A DNA stretch of 64,000 nt, from positions 154,320,001-154,384,000 of the forward strand of contig NC_086097.1 in NCBI RefSeq assembly GCF_963921235.1, in the 5' to 3' direction. Position 1 is the first letter of the stretch, and each line of letters starts with the position of its first letter. Below are positions 48,590-60,634 of this stretch, piece after piece. The notes beneath the pieces are model-generated. The model was not told the DNA's origin, made no database searches, and worked only from the letters and a program-made list of their open reading frames with translations. The stretch comes from Mobula hypostoma (Eukaryota). The position numbers and the translations under genes were made by a program.

Positions 48590-51535
48590 CCAGACAGTGC
48601 TGACGGACTTTGCATGAACAGATAGTGGAGAGGTTGCGGAGACAGAAGTTGTTAAGACCTCAGACAAAGTCAGAAATCAAAAGGTTTGAGCATGGTGCAA
48701 CTAATGTTCTGAGCTGTGCATATTTCAATGCAAATAGTAAGAAAGGCAGAGGAGCTTAGCGCATGGATCAACACATGGAATTATGATACTGTAGCCATTA
48801 GTGAGACTTGGTTGCAGGAGGGCCAGGACTGGCAGCTCAATATTCCGGGGTTCCATTTAGAACTGACAGAGTGAGAGGAATTAAAGGGGGAGGGCAGGCA
48901 TTACTAGTCAGGGAAGTGTCATGGCAGTGCTCAGGTAGGATAGATTGGAGAACTCATCTAGTGAGGCTTTATGGCTGCCCCTGAGAAATAAGGAAGGCAT
49001 GATTATGTTCATGGGGCGATATTATAGACCGTGGGATTTAGAGAAAAATCTGAAGAGAGTTCACAGTCTTATAAGAAACATAAGGTTGTTAGAGTAGGTG
49101 ATTTTAACATATTGACAGGGACTCCCATACTGTAAAATGACCAGAGTGTCAAATTTTTTTCCTTAATTAGTACATTGAAGTTCAAATGAGAGAGTGTGCG
49201 ATACTTGATCTCCTATGAGGGAAAGAGACAGGGCAGGTGACAGAAGTTGGTGCAGGGGACCACGTTGCATTCAGTGACCACAATGCCATTAGTTTCAGAG
49301 TAAATAAGCAAAAAGATAGGTCTGGTCCACTGGTTCGGATTCTAAATTGGAGAAAAGCCAACTTTGATAGGGTCAGAAAATGTAGACTGGGACAGGCTGT
49401 TTCCTGGCAAAGTTGTACTTGGTAAGTGGGAGGCCTTCAAAAGTGAAATTTCGGAGTACAGAGCTTGTGCTCTCGAAGCTGAGCCCTTCGAAGTAGCCAG
49501 GTCCCAGTGGGAGGTACGATCTGCTGTGAAGACAATTTAAGCGCCGGCCCAAATCGGAGGTAAGAGCCGATTGAGCTCACTCTCCACAATGTTCACTCCT
49601 CTCTCCAGTGTGCGGAGCCACTTGAGCTTCCATTGTTTGGCCAATTTAAATGCCAGCCCAGATAGATTGAAAAGACCGGGTGTCGGGATCTGAGGTGAGG
49701 GCCAATTTCGCTTGTTCTTGCAATGGTCACTCCTCTCTCCATGGCGCTGAGGCTATGAAGACTGCACTGGCTGCTGTGCTCCAAGCCCAATAATATGATG
49801 AACTGATAAGTGAGGTTTTAGGCCTCTTCCATGCTGCCTCAGGGTTCAGATTTAAGAAAGTAATTTGGTTCGGAATGTTGTTGTTCGCTTCAATTGTCTG
49901 CATGATTTGGTTCTTTTTCTCTTTCTCTCATGCATGGGGTGTTGATCTTCAATGATTTTTCTTTAATTTGGTTCATTTGGGTTTGTTTGCTTTGTGGCTA
50001 CCTGTAAGCCAACAAATCTTAAGGTTGTATAATTTATACATTCTTTGATAATAAATGTATTTTGAATCTTGAACGTGCCTGTCAGAATAAAAGTTAGGGA
50101 TAACTGGATTAGGGAACCTTGGCTTTCAAGAGGTATTGAGCCCTAGTTAGGGAAAAATGGAGGTGCATAGCAGGTATAGGCAGATAAGAATAAATGAGGT
50201 ACTTGAGGAGTATAAGAAATTCAAGAGGACATTTAAGAAAGAAAGCAGAGGGCTAAAAGAAGACATGTGCTTACCCTAGCAGACAAGGTGAAGGAGAATC
50301 CTAAGGGATTCTACAGATATGTTTTACAGACATAGACTGATTAGGGATAGTCAGCATGGCTTTGTGCACGATAGGTCATGCCTAACCAAACTCTGAGAGA
50401 TTTTGAAAGAAGTTACCAGAACAGTTGATGAAGGCAAGGCAGCGGATGTTGCCTGCATGAACTTTAGCAAGGCCTTTGACAAGGTCCTGCATTGGAGGTT
50501 GGTCAAGAAGATTCAGTTGATCAGCATTCTAGATGAGGGAGTAAATTGGATTAGACATTGGCTTTGTCAGAGAAGCCAGAGAGAGGTAGTAGATGATTGC
50601 CTCTCTGACAGGAGGCCTCCGTCTACTGGAGTGCCGCAGGGATCAGTGCTAGGTCCATTGTTGTTTGTCATCTACATCAATGACCTGGATGATAAAGTGG
50701 TTAACTGAACCAGGTTGAAAGAGTATAGACAAAATTTACAAGAATATTGTTGGGGTTGGTGGACCTGAGTAACAAGGAGAGATTGAATGGGTTGGAACTT
50801 TATTCCTTGAAACGTAGAAGACTGAAGGGAGATTTGATAGAGGTATACAAAATTATGAGGTTTATAAATAGGAAAAATGGAAGGCAGTGTCCATTATTAA
50901 GGACCTCCAGCACCCAGGGCATGCCCTTTTCTCAAAGTCACCATCAGCTAGGAGGTATAGAAGCCTGAACACACACACTCAGTGATTCAGGAACAGCTTC
51001 TTCCTCTCTGCCATCCGATTCCTCAAATGGACGTTGAAACTTTGGACACTACCTCACTTTTTTTAATATACAGTATTTCTGATTATGCACATTTTAAAAA
51101 ATCTATTCAATATAGATAATTGATGTACTTGTTTATCGATTACTATTATTATTTTTATTTTATTTATTATCAGTGGTATTTTTTTTCTCTGCTAGATTAT
51201 GTATTGCATTGAACTGCTGCTGCTAAGTTAACAAATTTCACATCACATGCTGGTGATAATAAATCTGATTCTGATTTTGATTCTGAGCAGGCTTTTTCCA
51301 CTGAGGTTGGGTGGGAGTACAACTATAGGTCATGGGTTAAGTGTGAAAGACGAAATGTTTAAGGGGAACACGACACAAAACTTCTTCAAAGACAGAGCAA
51401 GTGAGTTCAATTTTAAAATTGAAGAGATGTTTAGATAGTTACATGGATGGCAGGAATATGGAAGGCTATGGTCCAGGTGCAGGTCAATGTGACAAGGCAG
51501 TTTAAATGTTTTGGCATTGACTAGATTAGCCAAAA
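48590..51535 (+). mobile_element. Degraded CR1 ORF2 with large deletions and two insertions (about 49470-50070 unassigned; about 50880-51285 Rex1-type 3' end)
   Basis: FNA/ISETW/SDHNAI endonuclease motifs; ORF 50403-50708 (FSKAFDKV...[10 protein letters not shown]); 3' UTR near 51450. Confidence 0.85.
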
Positions 51536-53004
51536 CCATGAGAGCAGGTGATGGATGGTCATATGAGCAGCTGGTGTATATCACAAGTATTGATAATGAC
51601 TAGGGTCACCCATCCTGTAAAAACACTGCCCACATCATACAATACGACACATAATGATGATGATAATGACTCTGGGATAAGTCTGTGACCATCCACCTTA
51701 TCTATGTCTTTCATGATTTTATACGCTTCAATAATGTCACCTCCAGAGAACTACTTGAAGTACTCAAGAGGAAGGTGGGCATAATGAAAAAGATGATATT
51801 GGTTGAGATCCAAAACATGTTACTAATGCTATAAGTTTTCCTGCAAAATAATTAAGTATATAGCAAGTTCTTCCTTACCTTTGAACAAAAACAGAGAAAT
51901 GTTAGTAACAATACTCTAGCACCTTCTATCTCCCATAATGCATTTTCTCCTCCCTCTTCAATGCTTGTCCTACACATAAATATCAACCATTGGCTCCCCA
52001 CTCCCCCACCCACACCCCTCCAACACTGATTCTGTTTCCCTCTGCTCTGCGCCTCACCCTAATGATTTCCATCATCACCTTCCGCACTTATCAGATTCCA
52101 GCACTGGTGGACTTTGTGCTGCTGCTTATCATCCTCCTAGCTGCCTCCAAACTCACTCTCATGTCCCCCTACTTGCTTCCATAAGCCTCTTTTTCTTTCA
52201 TCTATCTCTCTCCATCTGGCTCTGTCTCCCAACTTCACCACTCCCCCTCCCTCATCTGACTCGATCTGCCCATCACACTGCACCGTCATTTCTGGCCTTT
52301 TCTCACCACTACCCCTTTCCTCTTCATGCTGGCTACCAACCCTCTCAACTCCCAGTTCTAATACAGGGATTCTTCCTAAAACATTGACAATGTCCTTCCC
52401 ACCCCCACTGATGCTGCTCCATCCACTGAGTTTAAGTTTGAGGCTTAATGTTAATAATGCTTCTTTCTGGAAAACAAATTCATTCACTAACACACTAGAT
52501 GCCGAGGGTACTGGATTAGAAAAAGACCACTAATGATTGTTTTCCTATGCCAGAATCTCAAAAAATATATAATTGTATATAAATGTGCTTACTTGGATTT
52601 TCCATTGAACTAATATCTGTCAAGGAATTGAACCAACCATTTCTAGTTTCAATTCACTTTAAAGCACGTGTCATTTTCCTGCAGTGCATCTCACATGTAA
52701 CATCATGAACAAAGTGTACGGTGCTCTTAATAAGTTAATGACATATCTTTGAACCATGTGACCTATAAACCATTTTTAAACCTTCAATAAAACAAAGAAT
52801 ACTTTGTGCTGAATATTCTGAAACAGGAGATATAAAGTAACTGCTGGGGCATTGATTTTATATTTCATAAACAGAATGAGTGACATTTCTCTTGGCTTGC
52901 AACTTGAGCAACTTGAGCAGAGTAAGAAGAATCCGCACACTGACATTTTCAGCTCAGTCTTTTCCTACATTTGAGCGTTTTGGGACCAGTCATTCCACAG
53001 GATC

Positions 53005-53490
53005 AACTGAGTTCCTAAATGAATACTTCTCATCTGTATTCATCAAAGAGAAGCACTCAGGAGGATAGTGAGTTCAAGAAGGAATACACTGGTTATCTGA
53101 ATGTTGCACTTGTTAAGAAGGTAGAGGCGTTTGCAGTCTTGAAATGCATAATGGTGGATAAATTCTCAGGGCCAGAATGCTGTGAGAAACAAGGGAGGAG
53201 TTTCCTGGAGCCCTGTCAGAGATATTTCCACCTTCATTCCCATAGGTGAGGTATCAGAAGACTGGGGGATACTTAATGGTCTTCCTTTGTTTAAGGAGGG
53301 TATCAGGGATAAGCCAGGTAACCATTGGACACTGAGCCTTACATCAGTGAAGGGGAAATTATTGAGCAGTATTCTAAGGAGGAAGGGATTTATATTCATT
53401 TGGAAGTGCAGGGATTGATTAGAGATTGTGCAGGGGGAATTGTGCCTCACTTCTTGAGTTTTCTAAGGAGATCGATGAATGCAAGGTGAA
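53005..53490 (+). mobile_element. CR1 ORF2 internal fragment
   Basis: LNEYFSSVF, PLFKEG..DKPGNH..LSLTSV.GKLL. Confidence 0.8.
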
Positions 53491-56489
53491 CGAGAGAGCA
53501 CTACCTGCTATATTGCACATATCATGACTTAATGCTTCATAAAATGATTTAACCAGGGTAAAGGTTTCTTATAGTAAAATATGTCAAGTTCCTGATATAT
53601 TAAGTGACCCTAACTGTCAAAATGAGGACCCAAATGTGGTTAAGTGTATAAAATCTGGTTTTTGGACTTCTTCATAATTTCTACACAATTTCTACATCAA
53701 AGAAACTCGTTAAACTCGAGACATCCCAAATTACTTTGCAATCAGTTAAGTACTTTTGCAGCACCTCATAATATTGGAACCAAGTATCCAATTTACATAC
53801 AGTCCGCCTGGAAAACAGCAGTGTAATGATGACCACAGCATCCCTTCTGGTGATATCAATTGACAGAAGAATATATTGGTCAGGACTCTGGGAATAACTT
53901 GAAATTCTGCTAGGAACGTCATGAGGGAGCAGTTGACATTTTTCATTTGAAGGATGTACATCCAATAGTGGCTCATTCCCTCAGTATGGCAATGGAAGGT
54001 AACATTGGATTTCTCTGCTCAAAGCTGCGGAGTTTTAATTCAGAGCAATGAGTGTCATCAGCTATGTTACTTCCAACATATGCTGGCTACTCATCTAACT
54101 AATAACTAATTGTAATTCTGAAACTGTGTATATAAATATCACCTTTAAATAACATCTCTTAAACTAGCAAAGTTGCATGGTAATTCTAAATACACTTCAT
54201 ATACTCCAGTGAAGTGACCTATTTAAAGATCTACCAAAGTCACTCATTTGAAACAGTAAATAAACCCACTCGGATATTCCATATCTGCAGATACAATTCA
54301 AAAATCCAACAGACACATAACTGAACAAATCTTGCAGAAGATTTAGTCTAGAATTTAGTTAAGTTAGACCCTAAGCAAATTTGTAAAAGTATCGTTCAAA
54401 TGGTTCAGTTTATTATCAGAGAACGTATACAGTATACAACCTGAAATACTTATCTTCACAGACATCCACGAAAAAAGAACCCAAAAAGAATGAACGACAG
54501 AAAGATGTAAGAATCCCAAAGCCCCCTGTCCCCTTCCCCATGCAAGCAGCAACAAAGCATCAACGCCCTCCCAGCCCATTTCAGCAAAAGGTATCAGCAC
54601 CCACCACCCACCAAGCAATAGCAAAGCACCCAAAGAGAGACCATGATCTGCAGTCTACAAAAACTATGATCAACCCGACAGTTCCACCTGCCACAGACTC
54701 CCTCTCTCACTAACAAGGAACAGAGAGATATTACCCATTTCACAGTAAAAGGGGAGACTAACACTATTACGGTGTTAAAGTCTGCCAAGTCGCTTTTTAT
54801 TCTGAGATTCTCCGACTCAAGAACTGGCTTCAAACTCTCCCTATCAAGAGAAAGGGAAAGAGAGTGTGATTGCTTGACTGCAGAGCAAATCAGATTGTTA
54901 ACTTCTCAATTACAGCAAGAGAGTTAACAGACTTAATATCAGGCAATAAAAAGGGTTCTAATTTTGTCATGAAAAGCAATCTAAACTTTGGCTTAATCTT
55001 AGTTCAATTTGTCTTTTTATGCATTATCTTACCAATGTTAAGTTATGCTGCACACGTACGTGCCGGGAAATGACATTTCTTCAAATCACTGCATGACTAA
55101 TACAAAAAGTTATCTGGTCACAAAAAGAGGGTAAATGAGAGAATAGATATTGCCATTAATGGCAAAGGACAAAATGTATTTGAAGAAGACATATGGTTTA
55201 GGAAAATATATCAGCTCTGCAATTAGTACACATAATCTGAATATCGGGTCCAATGTTAGAAAGTCCTAGCCAAAATCATTATTAAGCTGTTTTAAGTGTT
55301 TCTGTTAGGATGTTAAAGTTTATTTTTAGAGTGTAAAGTTGGTAATGGTACTGAATTCCATGACTTACACAGCCCATAAAAATGTGAAGATTAAAATCTG
55401 TCTGCACTTTAGCATGAAGTGGTAGCTCTAACTAATGATCTGTGCAACAATGGACAATATGCTCAAAAACAGAAGCAAAATTGTTTATTTAAGAGAAAAT
55501 ATTTGAACTTCAGTAATTTTTCTGGGACCTTTCTGAATATTTCTTCTGGGGTTTTTGTGCTTTCCTTCATTACATTAATAGAGTAATGATTTTATAAAAA
55601 CAGATTCCTAACAACTGATTTATCTCATCAGAAAGGAACTACAAATGTTTGTAAATATTGAATTGACCAGTATTTAAACTGAGTTGGAAGCTGAGGAGAT
55701 AAAGCATTTTAGGATTCTTTACAGTTAACTTATTAATCAAATAATAATAATCATTACATTGACTTTTATGACCTGAACCAAATCCAGTCATGAGGTTATT
55801 CTGTGATCATTCAAGCTAGTTAAAGGGAATATGAGTGGGTTAAATATAGATTCACCTTCACAGGCTGCAACAGACAACTTACTTCACAATCAACCTCTGA
55901 TTTATTTCACTTATATAGCGGTCTGACATATTTACACTATTCCCAAAATCTCAGGTTAGATTTGGTCTTGTGGCCCATTGTACAGTGCTGGCAGGATGGG
56001 AGATATGGCCTTGGAATGGTCCTCCTGTAGGATATTGGAATTCTTGGAACCTGATGGTCTCCCTGATGACCTCACCTGCAGGAAGTGCAGCCAACTCCAG
56101 CTCCTGAAAGATCGCATTAAGGAACTGGAGCTGGAGTTGGATGAGTTAGGATCATGCGGGGGACAGAGCAATTGACAGATATGACTTTTCAGCAGGTGGT
56201 TACACCCAGAGTGCAGAATTCAGGGGGTAGATGGGTGGGCAGCACAGAAGGTAAAGGGAGAATGAAGACAGTGCAGGATGCTCCCGTAGCTATTCCCCTC
56301 AGCAACAGGTATACCCTTCTGGATACTGCTGAGGGGGATGACCTATCTGGGCAAGGCAGCAGTAGCCAGATCAATAGCACTGTGGTCAGCTCTGAGCCTC
56401 AGAAGGGTAGGGACTTCAGTCAGGCAGAGCAATAGTCATGGGGGACAGATAGGAGATTCTGTGGCAGCAGAAGAGGCACCAGGATAGTG

Positions 56490-56590
56490 CAAAGTCCTGC
56501 TGAAAGGTTTCAGCCCGAAACATTGACTGTTCTTTTTTCCATAGATGCTGCCTGGTCTGCTGAATTCCTCCAGCATTTTGTGTATGTTGT
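56490..56590 (+). mobile_element. Penelope terminal-repeat fragment inserted in CR1 ORF1
   Basis: CAGGATAGTG duplicated at 56480-56489 and 56591-56600; sequence matches the Penelope repeat arm. Confidence 0.85.
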
Positions 56591-57209
56591 CAGGATAGTG
56601 TGTTGCCTCCCGGGTGCGAGGGTCCAGGATGTTTGTGAGTGATTCCAGAATATTCTTGAAGGGAAGGGTGAACAGCCAGAGATCGTAGTACATATTGGTA
56701 CCAATGACATAGGCAGGAGAGGGGTACAGGTCCTGCACAGTAAGATTAGGGAGTTAGGAAGGAGGCTGAGGAGAAGACCTCCAAGCTGGTAATCTCCCAA
56801 TTTCTCCCAATGCCACAAGCTAGTGAAGGTCAGGAACAGGAAGACAGCACAGACGAATGAGTGGCTGAGGAGATGGTGCACAGGCCAGGGTTTCAAGTTT
56901 TTGGATCATTGGAACCTTTTCTGGGGAAGGGGTGACCTGTACAAATGGGACGGGTTGCACCTGAACTGGAGGGAAACCAATATCCTGGGAAGGAGGTTTG
57001 CTCATGCTGTTGGGGGGGGGGAATTAAACTAAATTTGTAGGGGGGTGAGAACCAAAGTGAAGAGGCAGAGGATGGAGCAGTTGGCACACAGGTAGTGACA
57101 GCTTGTAGCGAGTTTGTGAGGAAGGATAGGCAGATGATAGAGCAAAGAAGCACTCAGCCAAATGATTTGAGATGTGTTTATTTTAATGCAAGAAGTATCA
57201 TAAGCAAGG

Positions 57210-57464
57210 CTGGCTGGTGGCACAGTGACATCAGCGCCGGACTCTGGAGTGAAGGTTGCCGAGTTCGAATCCAGTCGGGCCGCTCCCGGGCATGCTTTCC
57301 ATTCATGCTGGGTTGAGTGTCGAGTTCGCAACTCGGCCTTGTTAAAAAAAACTGCGCCGTGAGAAGGACGTGGGGGACCACTCACAGAATCTTTCCTCCA
57401 AGACAACCACTTGAAAAAGTGGTCGCCGAGGCTCTGGCAGAGTATAGCACACAAAAATGAAATT
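57210..57464 (+). mobile_element. tRNA-derived SINE inserted at the start of CR1 ORF2
   Basis: A box GTGGCACAGTG, B box GAGTTCGAATCC; ATAAGCAAGG duplicated at 57200-57209 and 57465-57474. Confidence 0.88.
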
Positions 57465-60310
57465 ATAAGCAAGGTGGATGAACTTACAGCGCGGATCAAT
57501 AGCGGAACTATGATGTTGTAGCCATTACAGTGACTTGGGTGTCTCAGGGGCAGGAATGGCTACTGAGTGTGCTGGGCTTTAGAAGTTTCAAAGAGGTCAG
57601 GGAGAGAGGCAAAAGAGGTGGGGGTGGGGCACTGCTATTAGGAATAATATCACGGCTGCAGAAAAGGAGGAAATAATGGAGCGATTGTCTACTGTGTCAT
57701 TGTGGGTAGAAGTCAGAAACAGGAAGGAGGCAATAACTCTACTGGGTGTTTTTATAGACTCACCAGTAGTAACAGAGACATCAACGAGCAGATAAGGAGG
57801 CAGATTCTGGAACGGTGCAATAATAATAGGGTTGTTGTAATGAGTGATTTTAACTTTCCTAATATTGACTGATAGTTTCTTAGAGCAAAGGGTTTAGATG
57901 GGGTGGAGTTTGCTAGGTGAGTTCAGGAAGGTTTCCTGACACAATATGTAGATAAGCCAACTACAGGAGACGCTGTATTTGATCTGGTATTGGGAAATGA
58001 ACCTGGTTAATTATCAGTTCTCTCAGTGGTAGAGCATTTTTGAGGTAGTGATCACAAGTCTATCTCCTTCACTGGAGAAGAACAGAAGCAGAAAATTTGG
58101 AAACATTTAATTGGAGTAGGAGGAAATATGATGCTATTAGGCAGGAACTTGGGAACATAAATTGGGAGCAGATGTTCTCAGGGAAATGCATGGCAGAAAT
58201 GGGGCAAATGTTCAGGAAACATTTACATGGTGTTCTGCAGAGGTATGTTCCATTGTGCAGGGAAAGGATGGGAGGGTAGAAGAACCATGATGTACAAAGG
58301 ATGTAGAAAATTTAGTTAAGAAGGAAAAAGCTTATAAAAGTTTCAAGAAAGTACGTACTGTTTGAGTTCTAGAAAATTACAAGGAGCTGAAGAATGAAAT
58401 TAGGAGACCTAGAAGGGGCCATGAGAAGGCCTTTGTGAGCAGGATTAAGGAAAACCCCAAGGATTTCTACAAGTATGTGTAGAGCAAAAGGATGAGTCAT
58501 ATGAGAATGGGACTAATCAGGAGCAAAAGTGGAACCATGTGCATGGAGCCAGAGGAGGTAGCGGAGTTACTAAATGTATATTTTGCTTCAGTGTTCCCCA
58601 GTGAAAAGGACCTTGGCAATTGTGGGGGTGACGTACAGTGGACTGAAATGCTTGAGTGTATAGACATTAAGAAAGAGGATGTGCTGGAGCATTTGAAAGG
58701 TATTAAGTTAGATAAGTCAGTGAGACCGGGTGAAATATACCCCAGGCTACTATAGGAAGCGAAGGAGGTCATTGCTGAGCCTCTGGCAATGATCTTTGCA
58801 TCATCAATAGGGATGGGGGAAGTACCAGAGGACCAGAGGATTGGAGGATTGCAAACTTTGTTCCTTTGTTCAAGAAAGGGAGTAGAGATAACTCAGGAAA
58901 TTATATACCAGTGAGTCTTACTTCAGTGGTGGGCAAGTTGTTGGAGAAGATTCTGAGAGACAGGATTTATGAGCGTTTGGAGAGACATAATCTGATCAGG
59001 GATAGTCAGCATGGCTTTGTCAAGGGCGGGTCGTGCCTTACGAACCTGACTGAATTCTTTGAGGACGTAACAAAACACATTGATGAAGGTACAGCAGTGG
59101 ATGTAGTTTATATGGATTTCAGTCAGGCATCTGATACAGTTCCCCACATGAGGCTCATTCAGTAATCAGGCATGGGAATCCAAGGAGACCTTGCTTTGTG
59201 GATCCAGAATCGGCTTGCCCACAGAAGGTAAAGGCTGGTTGTAGATGGTTCATATTCTGCATGGAGGACGGGTACTAGTGGTGTCTGCAGGCATTTGTTC
59301 TGGGGCCCCTCTTCTTTGAGATTTTTATAAATGACCTGGATGAGGAATTAGAAGGGTGGGTTAGTAAGTTTGCTGATGACACAAAAGTAGAGGGTGTTGT
59401 GGATAGTCTGAAGGGTTGTCAGAGGTTACTGTGTGACATCGATAAGATGCAGAACTGGGCTGAGACGTGGCAGATAGCGTTCAACCCAGGTAGGCGTGAA
59501 GTGCTTCACTTCAGTAGGTCAAATTTGAAGACAGAATATAATATTAATGATAAGACTCTTGGCAGTGTGGAGGATCAGCGAGATCTTGGGGTCCATGTCC
59601 AAAGACAGTGTTGTTAAGAAGGTGTCTGGTGTGCTGGCCTTCATCAACTGTGAGACTGAGTTCAAGAGCCGTGAGGTAATGTTACGGCTAAATAAGATCT
59701 TTGTTAGACCCCACTTGGAGTACTGTGTTCAGTTCTGGTCACCTCACTACAGGAAGGATGTGGATACTATAGAGAGAGTGCAGAGGAGATTTACAAGGAT
59801 GTTACCTGGATTGGGGAGCATGCCTTATGAGAATAGGTTGAGTGAACTTGGCCTTTACTCCTTGGAGCAACGGAGGATGAGAGATGACCTGATAGAGGTG
59901 TACAAGATAATGAGAAGCATTGTTTGTGTGGATAGTCAGAAGCCTTTTCCCAGGGCTGAAATAGCTAACATGATGAGGCATAGTTTTAAGGTGCTTCGAA
60001 GTAGGTACAAGGGGGATGTCGGAGGTAAGTTTTTCACACAGAGAGCTGTGGGTGCATAGAATACACTGCCAGCAACGGTGGTGGAGATGGATACAATAGA
60101 GTCACTTAAGAGACTCTTAGATAAGTACATGGAATTTAGAAATATAGAGTGCTTTGTGGTAGGGAAAGTCTAGACAGCTTCTACAGTAGGTTACATGGTC
60201 AGCATAACATTGTGGGCCGAAGGGCCTGTAACGTGATGTAGATTGCTATGTTTCTATGTTTCTATGTTTCAGATATTTTTCCTCTTAATAATTGATCTGT
60301 TGTTCAAACA

Positions 60311-60620
60311 GTGGGCACGTGGCCAAGTGGTTAAGGCATTGGACTAGCGACCTGAAGGTTGTGAGTTTGAGCCCCAGCCGAGACAACGTGCTGTGTCCTT
60401 GAGCAAGGCACTTAATCACACAGTGCTCTGCGACGGCACTGGTGCCAAGCTGTATGGGTCCTAATGCCCTTCCCCTGGACAACATTGGTGTCGTGGAGAG
60501 CGGAGACTTGCAGCATGGGCAACTGCTGGTCTTCCATACAACCTTGCCCAGGCCTGCGCCCTGGAGAGTGAAGACTTTCCAGGTGCAGATCCATGGTTTC
60601 GCAAGATGAACGGATGCCTT
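60311..60620 (+). mobile_element. tRNA-derived SINE, same family as 41717-42025
   Basis: End-to-end similarity; flanks TTGTTCAAA(C/G)A. Confidence 0.92.
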
Positions 60621-60634
60621 TTGTTCAAAGAGAC

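Larger units (their letters stand above)
55975..60270 (+). mobile_element. Near full-length CR1 with zinc-finger/leucine-zipper + SGNH esterase ORF1 and APE-RT ORF2 (inactivated)
   Basis: CRKCSQLQLLKDRIKELELEL, CCLPGARV, HIGTND, DGLHLN, FNARSI, QHGF, KFADDTK, (TTTCTATG)n tail; many stops and frameshifts. Confidence 0.93.
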
